Origin: Bacteroidota bacterium
Lineage (GTDB): Bacteria; Bacteroidota; Bacteroidia; Bacteroidales; WCHB1-69
Assembly: GCA_037130365.1 (NCBI GenBank)
Contig: JBAXTE010000016.1
Location: 6,029 to 70,028, forward strand
Reading direction: 5' to 3'
Length of the DNA: 64,000 bases
Part shown: in pieces, positions 30,297 to 42,621 of the stretch
How the letters are laid out: every line of letters starts with the position of its first letter
Position numbering within the stretch: position 1 is the first letter of the stretch
Position numbers and translations under genes: made by a program
Notes under the pieces: generated by a model
The model's input: only the letters and a program-made list of their open reading frames with translations
Database searches by the model: none
Told to the model about the DNA's origin: nothing

Positions 30297-30851
30297 TTAT
30301 TTTTGATTTTTAAAGGGTAAACCGAAATGTTTTAGAAGTGACATACACTCTGCATCTGATTTTGCAGTTGTCACAAACGTGATATCCATCCCATTGATTT
30401 TAAGAATCTTGTCAATTTCCAATTCAGGAAATATGATTTGTTCTGTAACACCTAAAGTATAATTACCTCTTCCATCAAATCCCTTATCGTTGATTCCTTT
30501 GAAATCACGAATACGAGGAATTGAAACGGAGACTAAACGATCTAGGAATTCGTACATTTTTTCGCCACGAAGAGTTACTCTAGCTCCAATTGACATTCCT
30601 TTACGAAGTTTGAAGTTTGAGATATCTTTTTTGGATTTCGTAGAAATTGCTTTTTGTCCAGCTATTGTTGTCATTTCAATAATAGCAGTATCTAAGATTT
30701 TTTTATCTGCAATAGCAGATCCTAATCCTTGATTAAGTGCAATTTTAACTAATTTTGGCACTCTCATAACAGTCTTAAACTGATATTCGGCTGTGAGTGC
30801 AGGGATGATTTCTTGATAATATTTATCTTTTAATCTTGGTGAATAAGCCAT
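30297..30851 (-). CDS. rplE: 50S ribosomal protein L5
   Basis: [23 protein letters not shown]. Confidence 0.98.
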   Translation of the reverse strand: MAYSPRLKDKYYQEIIPALTAEYQFKTVMRVPKLVKIALNQGLGSAIADKKILDTAIIEMTTIAGQKAISTKSKKDISNFKLRKGMSIGARVTLRGEKMYEFLDRLVSVSIPRIRDFKGINDKGFDGRGNYTLGVTEQIIFPELEIDKILKINGMDITFVTTAKSDAECMSLLKHFGLPFKNQK

Positions 30852-31171
30852 TATTTAATCTCCTCTCCACTTTTTTTAGAATAACGAACTAATTTTCCTT
30901 CGGAGTTATTACGACGGCCTACACGTGATGCCAATCCTTTTGAGTCAACAACCATAAGGTTTGACAGATTGATAGGTGCTTCAATTTTAGCAATACCACC
31001 TTGAGGCATTTTAGCATTAGGTTTTGTATGCTTAGACATCATGTTAACTCCTTCAACTAAGGCACGAAGCTTTGAGACTTCTACTTTGAGGACTTTTCCA
31101 GTCAATCCTCTTGAGTCACCGGCTAAAACTTTTACCGTATCTCCTTTTTTAATATGCAATTTAGCGCACAT
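30851..31171 (-). CDS. rplX: 50S ribosomal protein L24
   Basis: IKKGDTV.V.AG KOW motif, EAPI.LSN. Confidence 0.97.
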   Translation of the reverse strand: MCAKLHIKKGDTVKVLAGDSRGLTGKVLKVEVSKLRALVEGVNMMSKHTKPNAKMPQGGIAKIEAPINLSNLMVVDSKGLASRVGRRNNSEGKLVRYSKKSGEEIK

Positions 31172-31196
31172 AATTTTTTTTTTATTTTCTCACTAA

Positions 31197-31565
31197 TTAA
31201 AGCACTTCTGGTGCTAAAGATACTATTTTCATAAATTGTTTCTCACGTAATTCGCGAGCAACGGGTCCAAAGATACGTGTTCCACGTAGTTCTTCGGTAG
31301 CTGTAAGTAGAACACAGGCATTATCATCGAAGCGAATATAGCTTCCATCTTTTCTGCGAACTTCTTTTTTAGTTCTAACAATTACTGCTTTAGATACAGT
31401 ACCTCTTTTTACAGTACCAGAGGGAATAGCATCTTTTATTGTTACAATAATTTTATCGCCAACGCTGGCATAACGTTTTTTAGTACCGCCAAGTACTCTA
31501 ATGCACAAAACTTCTTTTGCACCACTATTGTCGGCAACTCTTAATCTTGATTCTTGTTGTATCAT
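31197..31565 (-). CDS. rplN: 50S ribosomal protein L14
   Basis: [21 protein letters not shown]. Confidence 0.98.
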   Translation of the reverse strand: MIQQESRLRVADNSGAKEVLCIRVLGGTKKRYASVGDKIIVTIKDAIPSGTVKRGTVSKAVIVRTKKEVRRKDGSYIRFDDNACVLLTATEELRGTRIFGPVARELREKQFMKIVSLAPEVL

Positions 31566-31567
31566 AA

Positions 31568-31822
31568 TTACTTAGCTCTTTCAATAATTTCTACTAATCT
31601 CCAGCGTTTGCTTTTACTTAAAGGCCTGGTTTCCATAATACGCACGGTGTCGCCAATATTGGAGTCATTGGTTTCATCATGAGCTGCAAATTTGGTAGTT
31701 TTCTTTAAAAACTTACCATACTTAGCATGTTTCAATTTTCTTTCAACTTGAACCACGATAGTTTTTTGCATTTTATTGCTAACTACGATACCTTCCCTTA
31801 CTTTTCTTAAATTACGTTCCAT
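31568..31822 (-). CDS. rpsQ: 30S ribosomal protein S17
   Basis: [24 protein letters not shown]. Confidence 0.98.
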   Translation of the reverse strand: MERNLRKVREGIVVSNKMQKTIVVQVERKLKHAKYGKFLKKTTKFAAHDETNDSNIGDTVRIMETRPLSKSKRWRLVEIIERAK

Positions 31823-31837
31823 ATAAGGTTTTCTGTT

Positions 31838-32047
31838 TTATAATGCCTTTGTTTTACTTTGATTATTGCGTTTGCAAATCTCAGTTTTAAAACGGGCGAT
31901 TGTTTTACGGTATTCTTTTATTTTATTAGGATTTTCGATCGGAGTAACAGCGTGATTAATTTTTAATTTCACTAACTGTTTTTTTTCCGATTCTAGTCTT
32001 TCAAGAAGATCATTCATTGAAAGCTCATTAATTTCACTCTGTTTCAT
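31838..32047 (-). CDS. rpmC: 50S ribosomal protein L29
   Basis: ENP..I...RKTIAR; synteny. Confidence 0.95.
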   Translation of the reverse strand: MKQSEINELSMNDLLERLESEKKQLVKLKINHAVTPIENPNKIKEYRKTIARFKTEICKRNNQSKTKAL

Positions 32048-32052
32048 CGCTC

Positions 32053-32481
32053 TTAAATTGTTTCTTCACTATAATCTCTTCTTACTACAAAAGAAGTAAG
32101 AACGGGCAGTTTTTGAGCAGCTAAACGGAGTGCTTCTTTAGCAACAGCTAATGGAACTCCTTCTGCTTCAAATAAAATTCTACCGGGAGAGATACGTGCA
32201 ACGAATAATTCGGGAGCACCTTTCCCTTTACCCATACGGACTTCTGCGGGTTTTTTAGTTACAGGCTTATCTGGAAAAACTCTGATCCATATTTGACCTT
32301 CTCTTTTCATAAAACGGGTCATTGCCTGACGTGCAGCTTCTATTTGACGTCCTGTCATCCAGCATTCGTCTAAGGATTTCAATGCAAAAGAACCAAAAGC
32401 GATTTCGCTCCCTCTTTTTGCATTTCCTTTCATTTTGCCTTTTTGCTGCTTTCTGTATTTGGTCTTTTTTGGTTGTAACAT
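32053..32481 (-). CDS. rplP: 50S ribosomal protein L16
   Basis: [18 protein letters not shown]. Confidence 0.98.
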   Translation of the reverse strand: MLQPKKTKYRKQQKGKMKGNAKRGSEIAFGSFALKSLDECWMTGRQIEAARQAMTRFMKREGQIWIRVFPDKPVTKKPAEVRMGKGKGAPELFVARISPGRILFEAEGVPLAVAKEALRLAAQKLPVLTSFVVRRDYSEETI

Positions 32482-32517
32482 CGATGTTAATTTAATCGTT
32501 GATGTAATCTCTGTTTG

Positions 32518-33249
32518 TTACTTTCTTCTTCGTTGTTGTGGTCTTCTGCTATTAGCATTTCCATTGTTGAAAGAAGAAGATCTACTTTCTTTTTCGTCTA
32601 GATTAACGCTGAAAAGATCTTTCTTTCCATAAACTAGTCCTTTGCAAATCCATACTTTAACACCAATTCGGCCATAAGTAGTATGTGCTTCAGCAAGAGA
32701 ATAGTCAATTTCTGCGCGAAGAGTATGTAGCGGTGTTCTGCCTTCTTTGAAATGCTCACTACGAGCCATTTCAGCACCACCAACACGACCTGAAACTGAA
32801 ATCTTAATTCCTTCAGCACCAGTACGCATTGTTGAGGCAATAGCAGTTTTAGCAGCTTTACGATAAGAGACACGACCTTCAATTTGTTTAGCAATATTTT
32901 GAGCAACTAACACCGCATCTAATTCTGGGCGTTTAATTTCAGAAATATTAATTTGAATCTCTTTATTCGTAACTTTTTTTAATTCTTCTTTTAATTTATC
33001 TACTTCTTGACCACCTTTACCTATTATTAAACCCGGACGAGCTGTATTAATAGTAATTGTGACGATTTTCAAGGTTCTTTCGATATAAATTTTAGAAATA
33101 CCTGCTTTTTGAAGACGAGCATTAAGGTATTGTCTAATTTTAAAATCTTCAATCAGTTTAGCGTCAAAACTTTTTCCGCCGAACCAATTTGAATCCCATC
33201 CTCTAACGATACCAAGTCTTAGACTTATTGGATTAACTTTTTGTCCCAT
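32518..33249 (-). CDS. rpsC: 30S ribosomal protein S3
   Basis: [24 protein letters not shown]. Confidence 0.98.
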   Translation of the reverse strand: MGQKVNPISLRLGIVRGWDSNWFGGKSFDAKLIEDFKIRQYLNARLQKAGISKIYIERTLKIVTITINTARPGLIIGKGGQEVDKLKEELKKVTNKEIQINISEIKRPELDAVLVAQNIAKQIEGRVSYRKAAKTAIASTMRTGAEGIKISVSGRVGGAEMARSEHFKEGRTPLHTLRAEIDYSLAEAHTTYGRIGVKVWICKGLVYGKKDLFSVNLDEKESRSSSFNNGNANSRRPQQRRRK

Positions 33250-33254
33250 TTACT

Positions 33255-33650
33255 TTAATTTTTACTGTCAATGATTAATGTAACGTGGTTTGAGCGCTTT
33301 CTAACTCTGTATGCGCGACCTTGAGGCGCGGTATGAATTCTTTTAAGCATTTTTCCACCATCTACGAATATTTCTTTGATATACAAATTTGCATCTTCTA
33401 ATCTTGCACCTTCGTTCTTCTGCTGCCAATTTGCAACGGCAGAAAGAAGTAGCTTGCGCAATTTTTCTGATGATTCTTTGCTGCTATATTTCAAGACATT
33501 CAAAGCTGGCTCAACCCTCATACCTCTTATTAGATCAGCCATCAATCTAGTTTTTCTGGGTGAAGTTGGATTGTTTACCAAACGAGCCATGTAGGTATTC
33601 TTCTTGGTTTCTTTATTTATTTCGGCTCTTAAGCGTTTACGTGCTCCCAT
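33255..33650 (-). CDS. rplV: 50S ribosomal protein L22
   Basis: SPRKTRL.ADLIRG, SAVAN, QGRA..VRKRSNH. Confidence 0.98.
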   Translation of the reverse strand: MGARKRLRAEINKETKKNTYMARLVNNPTSPRKTRLMADLIRGMRVEPALNVLKYSSKESSEKLRKLLLSAVANWQQKNEGARLEDANLYIKEIFVDGGKMLKRIHTAPQGRAYRVRKRSNHVTLIIDSKN

Positions 33651-33665
33651 TTTTTTACTATTTTC

Positions 33666-33944
33666 TTATTTTTTGCCTTTATCTTTATTACCTGCATGTC
33701 CCCTAAAGTTACGTGTTGGAGCAAACTCGCCTAGCTTATGTCCTACCATATTTTCAGTAACATACACGGGGATAAACTTATTGCCATTATGAACAGCAAT
33801 AGTTGAAGCAACGAAATCGGGTGTGATCATAGATGCACGTGACCATGTTTTAATAGTTCCTTTTTTTCCCGATTCTTGTGCTTCTAAAACTCGTTTTTCG
33901 AGTTTATAATGAACATAAGGTCCTTTTTTTAACGAACGGCTCAT
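33666..33944 (-). CDS. rpsS: 30S ribosomal protein S19
   Basis: [21 protein letters not shown]. Confidence 0.98.
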   Translation of the reverse strand: MSRSLKKGPYVHYKLEKRVLEAQESGKKGTIKTWSRASMITPDFVASTIAVHNGNKFIPVYVTENMVGHKLGEFAPTRNFRGHAGNKDKGKK

Positions 33945-33962
33945 AAATTGTTTCCTTTATCG

Positions 33963-34787
33963 TTATTTTTTTCTACTTTCGATTATATATCTGTTTGATC
34001 TGCTTTTCAAAGATCTAGTTTTAAAGCCCTTTGATGGTAACCCTTTACGTGAACGAGGTTGACCTCCAGAGGAGCGGCCTTCGCCACCACCCATTGGGTG
34101 ATCTACAGGGTTCATAACGACTCCACGAACTCTTGGACGACGACCTAACCAACGTGAACGACCAGCTTTACCTGAAACTTCTAAGTTATGTTCCACATTT
34201 GAAACCATACCAATAGTTGCTCTACAAGTAGTTAAAATCATTCTTGTTTCACCTGAAGGCAGTTTAACAATTGCATATTTACCATCACGTGATAATAACT
34301 GAGCATATGATCCTGCACTTCTAGCCATTTTAGCCCCTTGACCAGGACGAAGTTCGATGTTGTGAATTACGGTACCAAAAGGTACTTCTGATAGATATAG
34401 AGTATTGCCTAAATCTGGAGAAACACCGATACCCGATGTTAGTACTTGACCAACTTGAAGACCGTGAGGTGCAACAATGTATCTTTTTTCTCCATCAGCA
34501 TATACGAGTAAAGCAATACGAGCGGATCTGTTAGGATCATACTCAATTGTTTTAACCGTTGCAGGAATGTTCTCTTTTTCTCTTTTAAAATCTATGACGC
34601 GATACATTTTCTTGTGACCTCCTCCAAGGTATCTCATTGTCATCTTACCCGTATTGTTTCTACCACCTGAGCGTCTTTGAGGAGTCAATAAACTTTTCTC
34701 CGGTGTTGCTGTAGTTATCTCGTCAAACGTACTTATTAATTTAAAACGTTGACCGGGTGTTACTGGATTGAATTTCTTTAAAGCCAT
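33963..34787 (-). CDS. rplB: 50S ribosomal protein L2
   Basis: [25 protein letters not shown]. Confidence 0.98.
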   Translation of the reverse strand: MALKKFNPVTPGQRFKLISTFDEITTATPEKSLLTPQRRSGGRNNTGKMTMRYLGGGHKKMYRVIDFKREKENIPATVKTIEYDPNRSARIALLVYADGEKRYIVAPHGLQVGQVLTSGIGVSPDLGNTLYLSEVPFGTVIHNIELRPGQGAKMARSAGSYAQLLSRDGKYAIVKLPSGETRMILTTCRATIGMVSNVEHNLEVSGKAGRSRWLGRRPRVRGVVMNPVDHPMGGGEGRSSGGQPRSRKGLPSKGFKTRSLKSRSNRYIIESRKK

Positions 34788-34791
34788 TTAC

Positions 34792-35082
34792 TTAAATATT
34801 GCTATAAAAATCAATTATTTGACCATCTTTTATCTTCACGATTGCCTTTTTAAAGGTACTTTTTCTTCCGACAATGTACCCAGACTTCGTATTACGTGCA
34901 GTGCGTTTTCCACGTTGAACAATTGTGTTTACCGCTTCAACTTTAACTTGATAAAGTTCTTCAACTGCATTTTTGATTTGATATTTATTGGCCTTTCTAT
35001 CTACCACAAATCCGTAGCAGTTACGTTTTTCCCCTGCAGCGGTCATTTTTTCAGTGATAATGGGCTTAATAATAGTGTTCAT
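34792..35082 (-). CDS. rplW: 50S ribosomal protein L23
   Basis: PIITEK, ANK.QIK.AVE, KKAIV. Confidence 0.97.
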   Translation of the reverse strand: MNTIIKPIITEKMTAAGEKRNCYGFVVDRKANKYQIKNAVEELYQVKVEAVNTIVQRGKRTARNTKSGYIVGRKSTFKKAIVKIKDGQIIDFYSNI

Positions 35083-35102
35083 GCCGTTTTTTTAATATTT
35101 TT

Positions 35103-35738
35103 TTACTCTTCAGTTGTGTTCAAATTGTTTATATTTGCTATCGAACTTTCAAAAAAGATAACAGTCTCTGCATTTAAAACTTCGTAAGTATTTAAATCAG
35201 AAACGTTTATAGTTTTAACCTTTTTTAAATTTCGAGAGGACAAATATACGTTTTTTATTGATTCGGAAACCACAAATAATGTTTTTTTATCAACAAGGTT
35301 AAAGTTGTTCAATAAATTAATCATTTGTTTCGTTTTTGGAGTCTCTAAAGAATAATCTTCAAGTACAAGAATTTTGCTGTTTTGACACTTATATGTAAGT
35401 GCAGAATAGCGAGCTAATTGTTTTACTTTCTTATTAATTTTAAAGCTGTAATCACGAGGATGTGGTCCAAAAGCTCTTGCTCCACCAGGAAATAAAGGGG
35501 ACTTAATGCTACCAGCGCGGGCGCCACCAGTTCCTTTTTGTTTTTTAATTTTCCGTGTGCTACCAGAAACTGTAGATTTTTCTAATGAACTATGTGTTCC
35601 TTGACGACGATTTGCCAAAATTTGCTTTACATCGAGCCAAATAACATGATCGTTAGGTTCAATATTAAAAATAGCATCGTTTAAAGCTACAGTTTTAGAA
35701 GTCTCGCTTCCATCTATTTTATATACTTTTAACTCCAT
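35103..35738 (-). CDS. rplD: 50S ribosomal protein L4
   Basis: [25 protein letters not shown]. Confidence 0.98.
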   Translation of the reverse strand: MELKVYKIDGSETSKTVALNDAIFNIEPNDHVIWLDVKQILANRRQGTHSSLEKSTVSGSTRKIKKQKGTGGARAGSIKSPLFPGGARAFGPHPRDYSFKINKKVKQLARYSALTYKCQNSKILVLEDYSLETPKTKQMINLLNNFNLVDKKTLFVVSESIKNVYLSSRNLKKVKTINVSDLNTYEVLNAETVIFFESSIANINNLNTTEE

Positions 35739-36358
35739 CTTTCAAGTTTTAAATATGAACCCTTAGGTCCTGGAACAGAACCTTTAATAACTATTAGATT
35801 TTTTTCTGGAATAATCTTGATAACTTCAAGATTGAGGATTTTCACTTTTTGATTACCCATTCTTCCGGCCATTCTCATGCCCTTAAAAACGCGTGAAGGG
35901 TAAGAAGAAGCTCCAAGCGAACCCGGTGCACGAAGACGATTATGTTGTCCGTGAGTTTGACCTCCAACACCATGAAAACCGTGACGTTTTACAACACCTT
36001 GGAAACCTTTACCCTTAGCATGACCTGAAACGTCAACAAATTCGCCTTCAGAAAAGATCTCTACATTTAGAGTTTCTCCGTAGCTTTTGCGATGTTCAAC
36101 TTCAAAACGAGTAAACTCCATCATAATCCTTTTTGGAGTAGTTCCAGCTTTTTTAAAGTGTCCTTTTAAAGGACCATTTGTGTTTTTCTCTTTTTTTTCG
36201 TCAAATGCTAATTGAATAGCTTCGTAGCCATCCTTTTCAATTGATCGAACTTGAGTTACAACACAAGGACCAGCTTCGATAACGGTGCATGGTAAATTTT
36301 TACCAGAGGCATCAAATATGCTAGTCATTCCAATTTTTTTGCCAATTAATCCTGACAT
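35729..36358 (-). CDS. rplC: 50S ribosomal protein L3
   Basis: [27 protein letters not shown]. Confidence 0.98.
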   Translation of the reverse strand: MSGLIGKKIGMTSIFDASGKNLPCTVIEAGPCVVTQVRSIEKDGYEAIQLAFDEKKEKNTNGPLKGHFKKAGTTPKRIMMEFTRFEVEHRKSYGETLNVEIFSEGEFVDVSGHAKGKGFQGVVKRHGFHGVGGQTHGQHNRLRAPGSLGASSYPSRVFKGMRMAGRMGNQKVKILNLEVIKIIPEKNLIVIKGSVPGPKGSYLKLERWS

Positions 36359-36404
36359 TTGTTTTTGTTTAACTTGTTTGTACTAATTTTTACGATACTT
36401 AAAC

Positions 36405-36710
36405 TCACACTTTAATCTCAACTTCAACGCCACTGGGAAGTTCGAGTTTCATCAATGCGTCGATAGTTTTCGACGAAGTACTATAGATATCTAGTACTCT
36501 TTTGTAAATTGATAGCTCGAATTGTTCTCTCGACTTCTTATTAACAAATGTTGATTTGTTAACTGTGAAGATTTTTTTGTGTGTAGGCAGAGGTATCGGA
36601 CCATTTACAACTGCACCGGCAGTTCTAACGGTCTTTACAATCTTAATAGCTGATTTATCAACTAAGTTATGATCGTACGATTTTAATTTAATTCTAATTC
36701 TCTGATTCAC
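36405..36710 (-). CDS. rpsJ: 30S ribosomal protein S10
   Basis: [23 protein letters not shown]; GTG start. Confidence 0.98.
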   Translation of the reverse strand: MNQRIRIKLKSYDHNLVDKSAIKIVKTVRTAGAVVNGPIPLPTHKKIFTVNKSTFVNKKSREQFELSIYKRVLDIYSTSSKTIDALMKLELPSGVEVEIKV

Positions 36711-36739
36711 GTTTGTTGTTTTTATTATGGTTATTTATG

Positions 36740-38827
36740 TTACGATTTTTTTTCAAGAATGTCTTTCGCGATGCTATCTGGAGTTGGTGCATAATGGTCA
36801 AACTCCATTGTAGAACTTGCTCTACCCGACGACAATGTTCGCAAATTAGTTACATACCCAAACATTTCCGATAATGGAACTTTAGCATGTATTAATTGAG
36901 TACCAATTCTTGATTCAATATTTTCCACAATTGCTCTTCTTCTGTTTAAATCACCTGTAATGTTACCAACATAATCAGTAGGAGTATTAACTTCCATTTT
37001 CATAATTGGTTCTAGTAAAACTTTTGTTACTTTTTTACAGGATTCTCTAAATGCCATTCTTGCGCATAATTCAAATGATAATGCGTCTGAATCAACAGGA
37101 TGAAAAGAACCATCTATTAATCTAACTTTAAGGTTTTCAACTGGAAAACCAGCCAAAGGGCCATTAAGAATAGCTGTTTTAAACCCTTTTTGTATTGAAG
37201 GAATATATTCTTTTGGAATATTTCCGCCTTTTACATCATTTATAAATTGGAGACCTATGATGTTTTCATCTGCTGGTCCAATTTCAAAAATCATATCTGC
37301 AAATTTTCCTCTACCTCCAGATTGTTTTTTATAAACTTCTCTGTGTTTTGTAGATGACGTAATTGCTTCGTGATATGCTACTTGAGGGTTTCCTTGATTA
37401 CATTCTACTTTAAATTCTCTTCGTAATCGATCTACAATAATATCAAGGTGTAATTCTCCCATCCCACTGATAATTGTTTGACCAGATATTTCATCCGTTC
37501 TTACTAAAAAAGTAGGATCTTCTTCAGAAAGTTTATGTAGACCATTAGATAATTTATCTAAATCGTCTTTAGTTTTCGGTTCAACTGCAATATGAATTAC
37601 TGGTTTAGGGAAAACAATATTTTCAAGTATAATTGGATGTTTTTCGTCACAAAGTGTATCTCCAGTATGAATATCTTTAACTCCAATAGCCACACCAATA
37701 TCTCCTGCCTCAATAAAGTCAATCGGATTTTGTTTATTAGCGTGCATTTGAATTAATCGAGAAATTCTTTCTTTCTTTTGTGATGAGCTATTTAAGACAG
37801 CGGTTCCTGCTTCTAAACGACCAGAATAAACTCTGAAAAAACAAATTCTTCCAACATAAGGATCTGTTGCTATTTTAAAAGCAAGTGCAGAAAATGGTTG
37901 GTTAATATTTGCTAATCGAACTTCTTCTTTTTCTGTTGTTGGATTTATACCAGTAACAGATGGTTTATCTAAAGGACTTGGAAGATATCTTAATACAGCG
38001 TCTAATAGTCGTTGAACTCCTTTGTTTTTGAATGCAGAACCACAGAAAACAGGTGTAATTGCCATACTAATGGTTGCCTGACGAATTGCTTCAATCATTT
38101 CATCCATTGATATAGAATTAGGATCATCCATGAATTTTTCTAGCAAAACATCATTTTGTTCAGCAACGGCTTCAATTAAAAGTTGACGGTAATTGTACAC
38201 ATCGTCTAACATGTCCTCTGGAACAGGTATTTCTTTTATTTGAACTCCTTTAGAATCTTCATCCCAAACATATGCTTTGTTTTCCACTAAATCAACAATT
38301 CCGCGAAAGGTTTCTTCCGCACCAATTGGTAATTGCATTGGAATTGGATTTGCTCCAAGACGTTTTTTAATTTGATCAATTACATGATAAAAATCAGCAC
38401 CAGCTCTATCCATTTTATTAACAAATGCTAAGCGAGGAACTTTGTATTTATCAGCTTGTCTCCAAACAGTTTCAGATTGAGGTTCTACACCACCAACTGC
38501 ACAAAACAGAGCAACTGCTCCATCCAATACACGGAGTGAACGCTCAACTTCTACAGTAAAATCAACGTGTCCAGGAGTGTCTATAATGTTTATTTTATAC
38601 TCAACATCATCTAAATTCCAAAAAACAGTAGTTGCTGCAGATGTGATTGTGATGCCTCGTTCTTGTTCTTGAACCATCCAATCCATGGTTGCAGTTCCTT
38701 CATGAACTTCACCAATTTTGTAACTCTTACCTGTATAATACAAAATACGCTCGGTAGTTGTTGTTTTACCGGCGTCAATATGAGCCATAATTCCAATATT
38801 ACGTGTGTTTTTCAGTTCGTTGCTCAT
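36740..38827 (-). CDS. fusA: Elongation factor G
   Basis: [41 protein letters not shown]. Confidence 0.98.
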   Translation of the reverse strand: MSNELKNTRNIGIMAHIDAGKTTTTERILYYTGKSYKIGEVHEGTATMDWMVQEQERGITITSAATTVFWNLDDVEYKINIIDTPGHVDFTVEVERSLRVLDGAVALFCAVGGVEPQSETVWRQADKYKVPRLAFVNKMDRAGADFYHVIDQIKKRLGANPIPMQLPIGAEETFRGIVDLVENKAYVWDEDSKGVQIKEIPVPEDMLDDVYNYRQLLIEAVAEQNDVLLEKFMDDPNSISMDEMIEAIRQATISMAITPVFCGSAFKNKGVQRLLDAVLRYLPSPLDKPSVTGINPTTEKEEVRLANINQPFSALAFKIATDPYVGRICFFRVYSGRLEAGTAVLNSSSQKKERISRLIQMHANKQNPIDFIEAGDIGVAIGVKDIHTGDTLCDEKHPIILENIVFPKPVIHIAVEPKTKDDLDKLSNGLHKLSEEDPTFLVRTDEISGQTIISGMGELHLDIIVDRLRREFKVECNQGNPQVAYHEAITSSTKHREVYKKQSGGRGKFADMIFEIGPADENIIGLQFINDVKGGNIPKEYIPSIQKGFKTAILNGPLAGFPVENLKVRLIDGSFHPVDSDALSFELCARMAFRESCKKVTKVLLEPIMKMEVNTPTDYVGNITGDLNRRRAIVENIESRIGTQLIHAKVPLSEMFGYVTNLRTLSSGRASSTMEFDHYAPTPDSIAKDILEKKS

Positions 38828-38871
38828 TAGTTTGTATTATCCTTGTGTTAGTGATTTAATATTGAGTTAGT

Positions 38872-39339
38872 TTAGAATTTGAAATGTGAGAATGCTTTAT
38901 TTGCATCAGCCATACGGTGCATATCTTCTTTACGTTTGTATGCTGCACCTTCTTCTTTTGCACCAGCCATGATTTCTTGAGCAAGTTTCATCGACATTGA
39001 TTTATCGTGACGCTTACGAGCAAAATTAATCATGTTTTTCATTCCGATAGAAGACTTACGCTCGGCACGTATTTCTGAAGGAATTTGGAATGTAGCTCCA
39101 CCAATTCTACGGCTACGTACTTCTACGGCAGGAGTAACATTGGTTAATGCTTTTTTCCATATTTCCAAACCATCTTCTTTGGTTTTTTCGCTTACTACAT
39201 CAATTGCATCATAAAATATGGTGTAAGCAGTGTTTTTCTTCCCTTGTAACATTAAGTTATTCACAAATTTTGTAACGAGCATGTCGTTAAATTTTGGATC
39301 TGGAAGAATGATTCGTTTTTTTGGTCTTGACTTTCTCAT
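38872..39339 (-). CDS. rpsG: 30S ribosomal protein S7
   Basis: [26 protein letters not shown]. Confidence 0.98.
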   Translation of the reverse strand: MRKSRPKKRIILPDPKFNDMLVTKFVNNLMLQGKKNTAYTIFYDAIDVVSEKTKEDGLEIWKKALTNVTPAVEVRSRRIGGATFQIPSEIRAERKSSIGMKNMINFARKRHDKSMSMKLAQEIMAGAKEEGAAYKRKEDMHRMADANKAFSHFKF

Positions 39340-39372
39340 GTCTTGGAAATGCTAATTTCTATTTAATAACGA

Positions 39373-39750
39373 TTACTTTTTCTTTGGTCTCTTAGTACCA
39401 TACTTTGATCTTCTTTGGTTACGACCATCAACTCCTGATGTATCTAAGGCACCACGAATAATGTGATATCTTACTCCAGGTAAGTCTTTAACACGACCTC
39501 CGCGAATCATTACGATTGAGTGTTCTTGCAAATTGTGTCCTTCGCCAGGGATATATGCGTTAACCTCTTTACCATTGGTTAATCTTACCCTCGCTACTTT
39601 TCTCATTGCAGAGTTTGGTTTTTTAGGGGTAGTAGTGTAAACTCTTACACATACTCCACGTCTCTGCGGACAACCATCCAGAGCCGGTGACTTACTCTTG
39701 TAGACTAATTTTTGTCTCCCTTTTCTTACTAATTGCTGAATTGTAGGCAT
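39373..39750 (-). CDS. rpsL: 30S ribosomal protein S12
   Basis: [23 protein letters not shown]. Confidence 0.99.
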   Translation of the reverse strand: MPTIQQLVRKGRQKLVYKSKSPALDGCPQRRGVCVRVYTTTPKKPNSAMRKVARVRLTNGKEVNAYIPGEGHNLQEHSIVMIRGGRVKDLPGVRYHIIRGALDTSGVDGRNQRRSKYGTKRPKKK

Positions 39751-39807
39751 TTTCCTCTTTATTTGTTTTTCAGTTCAATATTAATTACCCAATTTTATTT
39801 GGGACTG

Positions 39808-39837
39808 CAAAGGTAATACTTATTTTCATAATATCAA
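39808..39837 (-). promoter_or_regulatory. Promoter of the str-S10-spc-alpha cluster
   Basis: TACCTTTG (-7) at 39815-39808, TTG about 19 nt upstream; short CCCAA/TTGGG leader hairpin follows. Confidence 0.7.
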
Positions 39838-40109
39838 TGGGTTGCCTCAAATTTATTTCATGTTTTCATTCATTTCATCATTCTTAAATCGTTTTTTATA
39901 AATTTTATCAACATACTATGGTTAATATTTTTCTATCTTCTTGCTTATTTTTTTAGTGATTTCAAGACTGAAAAAAACGGATATTATAAAATGATAAATT
40001 ATGATTAAGGATAACTTCGTATAAATTTAGTGTAGATATTTCAAACATCATCATTTCATCTCTGGAAAGATATTAATAATTGCAACAAAAAAAGAATAGC
40101 GTTTTTTAT

Positions 40110-40117
40110 TACCTTTG
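40110..40117 (+). promoter_or_regulatory. -7 element for uvrD/pcrA
   Basis: TACCTTTG 26 nt upstream of ATG. Confidence 0.6.
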
Positions 40118-40143
40118 CAATATAAACACTCAATTTTTTATAA

Positions 40144-42504
40144 ATGGCGCTCAATTCAAACTTTCTTAACGACCTAAATCCAGTGCAACAAGAAGCCTCA
40201 AAATCTTTTAAGGGGCCAACATTAATTATTGCAGGAGCTGGTTCTGGGAAAACCCGTGTTCTGACCTATCGAATAGCATATATGATTCAGCAAGGGATTG
40301 ACCCTTTTAATATTTTGTCTCTGACCTTTACGAATAAAGCAGCTAAGGAAATGAAGGAGCGTATAACCAATCTCCTTGGTGGCAGCGAAGCTAGAAATGT
40401 ATGGATGGGAACTTTTCACTCAATTTTTGCTCGAATTTTGAGAATTGACGGTCATTTATTAGGATACACTCAATCATACACAATTTACGATATTGATGAC
40501 GTGAAAAGCCTACTTAAAGCTATCGTGAAAGAATTAGATTTAGACATTAAAGCTTATTCTCCAAACTATCTAATCGGTCGCATTTCGATGGCGAAAAATA
40601 ATTTAATTTCTGACACCGAATACAACCAAAATACTGAAATTATTACGACTGATGCGGCTACACAAAAGCCCAGAACTGGCGAAATTTATTCGATTTACAA
40701 TAAAAGATTAAGGAAATCAAATGCAATGGATTTTGATGATTTGCTTTTTAACACGAATGTGTTGCTTCGCGATTTTCCAGAAATTCTTTTTAAATATCAG
40801 CAGAAATTTAAATACATTTTAGTAGATGAGTATCAAGACACGAATCACGCTCAATATTTAATTTTAAAAAAGTTATCTGCAGCAAACGAAAACATTTGTG
40901 TAGTTGGCGACGATGCTCAAAGTATATACGCGTTTCGAGGAGCCAATATCCAAAATATTTTAAATTTTAAAAAGAATTATTCCGATTATAAACTTTATAA
41001 ACTTGAACAGAACTACCGCTCTACTAAAAACATTGTAAATGCTGCAAATAGTGTAATTAAGAAAAATCAAAAGCAAATTGAAAAAGATATTTGGACTGAC
41101 AATGATGAAGGGGAAAAGATAACAATTATAAGAGCAGAAAGTGAAAATAATGAGGGATTATTGATCGCTCAATCCATTTTTGAAAATAGAGAAAAAAATC
41201 AACTTCAAAATTCCGATTTTGCCATACTTTATAGAACCAATGCTCAATCAAGAGCTTTTGAAGAATCGTTGAGAAAGCTAAACATTCCGTACCAAATATT
41301 TGGTGGATTATCCTTTTATAAACGTAAAGAAATTAAAGATTTAATAGCGTATTTTAGATTAACCATCAACCATTACGACGAAGAAGCGCTCAAAAGAATC
41401 ATCAATTATCCTGCTCGAGGACTAGGGCAAACAACCGTAGAACGGATTGTAAATATTGCTTCAGAAAACAATGTATCTATTTGGGATGTGGTTGAAAACC
41501 CAAAAGGATATAATCTACCAGTAAATTTGCCAACTCAAGATAAACTATCTGACTTTGCAGTGAAAATTAAAAGCTTTACTGCTCAATTAAAAACGTCAAA
41601 TGCTTACGACTTAGCTTTTTTGATTGCACAATCCACTGGAGTATTATCCGATTTGCAAGAAAAAAGCAAAGAAGAACCTGAACATCTTCAAAATGCAGAA
41701 GCATTATTAAACGCAATGCAAGATTTTGTAGATAGCGAAACTGAAAACCAAATTGATGAATCGGAGGTTACATTAAAAACCTTAGATTTGTTTCTGAGTG
41801 AAGTATCTCTGATGACGGATATTGAAGATATAGACAAAGATAAAAACAAAGATGTTGATTTCAACAAAGTCTCTTTAATGACAATTCACAGCGCTAAAGG
41901 GCTTGAATTTGGTTATGTATATATTGTAGGATTAGAAGAACAATTATTTCCATCATTTATGTCCGTTGGCTCTCGAAGCGAACTTGAGGAAGAACGCAGA
42001 CTTTTTTATGTAGCTCTTACTCGTGCCGAAAACAAAGCATACTTAAGCTATGCAGACGGAAGAATGCGTTGGGGACAATATAATTTTACAGAACCAAGTA
42101 GGTTTATCGACGACATTGATCCTAAATTTATTGAAATGGCTTCAATCAAAGAAAAACAACCTTCGTCTGGTCATAAAGAATACCAACAATCACCCAAAGG
42201 AGCTTCGTATAATTTTGATTCAATCAAAGCAAAACAATCAAACGTCTCTCCTATTTCAAAAACGATTGCTTCTAAGCCCAATTTTACTAATTTGAAAAAA
42301 GTTGAAACTGCTAAATTTCAAAATCTTGAAACATCAAATATAAATTTAATTATTCCTGGAATCGATGTAGAGCATGCAAAGTTTGGGCTTGGGCAAGTAA
42401 TTTCTGTTGAAGGAGATGCAAATAATAAAAAAGCAATTATCTTTTTTGATGGTATTGGTGAAAAAACATTACTTTTGCAGTACGCAAAATTAACGGTTCT
42501 ATAG
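40144..42504 (+). CDS. uvrD: UvrD/PcrA ATP-dependent DNA helicase
   Basis: AGAGSGKT, TFTNKAA, VDEYQD, VGDDAQSIY, QNYRS, HSAKGLEF, EEERRLFYVALTRA. Confidence 0.96.
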   Translation: MALNSNFLNDLNPVQQEASKSFKGPTLIIAGAGSGKTRVLTYRIAYMIQQGIDPFNILSLTFTNKAAKEMKERITNLLGGSEARNVWMGTFHSIFARILRIDGHLLGYTQSYTIYDIDDVKSLLKAIVKELDLDIKAYSPNYLIGRISMAKNNLISDTEYNQNTEIITTDAATQKPRTGEIYSIYNKRLRKSNAMDFDDLLFNTNVLLRDFPEILFKYQQKFKYILVDEYQDTNHAQYLILKKLSAANENICVVGDDAQSIYAFRGANIQNILNFKKNYSDYKLYKLEQNYRSTKNIVNAANSVIKKNQKQIEKDIWTDNDEGEKITIIRAESENNEGLLIAQSIFENREKNQLQNSDFAILYRTNAQSRAFEESLRKLNIPYQIFGGLSFYKRKEIKDLIAYFRLTINHYDEEALKRIINYPARGLGQTTVERIVNIASENNVSIWDVVENPKGYNLPVNLPTQDKLSDFAVKIKSFTAQLKTSNAYDLAFLIAQSTGVLSDLQEKSKEEPEHLQNAEALLNAMQDFVDSETENQIDESEVTLKTLDLFLSEVSLMTDIEDIDKDKNKDVDFNKVSLMTIHSAKGLEFGYVYIVGLEEQLFPSFMSVGSRSELEEERRLFYVALTRAENKAYLSYADGRMRWGQYNFTEPSRFIDDIDPKFIEMASIKEKQPSSGHKEYQQSPKGASYNFDSIKAKQSNVSPISKTIASKPNFTNLKKVETAKFQNLETSNINLIIPGIDVEHAKFGLGQVISVEGDANNKKAIIFFDGIGEKTLLLQYAKLTVL

Positions 42505-42621
42505 TTTTTATCAGACAAATTGCGATTAGATGGGGTAACCACAATCTCACAAGTAAAGAAGAGTACCGTTTAATATTATATAGATAACGAAAATAAACCC
42601 AAAAGAACAAACGAAACATTG

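Noticed and set aside
36711-36739. Absence of tuf after fusA
   Set aside because: Normal for Bacteroidota, where tuf lies elsewhere
36740-38827. fusA looks somewhat diverged and less codon-biased than neighbouring r-protein genes
   Set aside because: All GTPase and domain IV motifs are intact; the impression cannot be quantified without codon-usage and phylogenetic analysis
39751-40143. Possible ncRNA, riboswitch or origin in the rpsL-uvrD gap
   Set aside because: AT-rich divergent promoter region; no convincing structure or DnaA-box cluster seen
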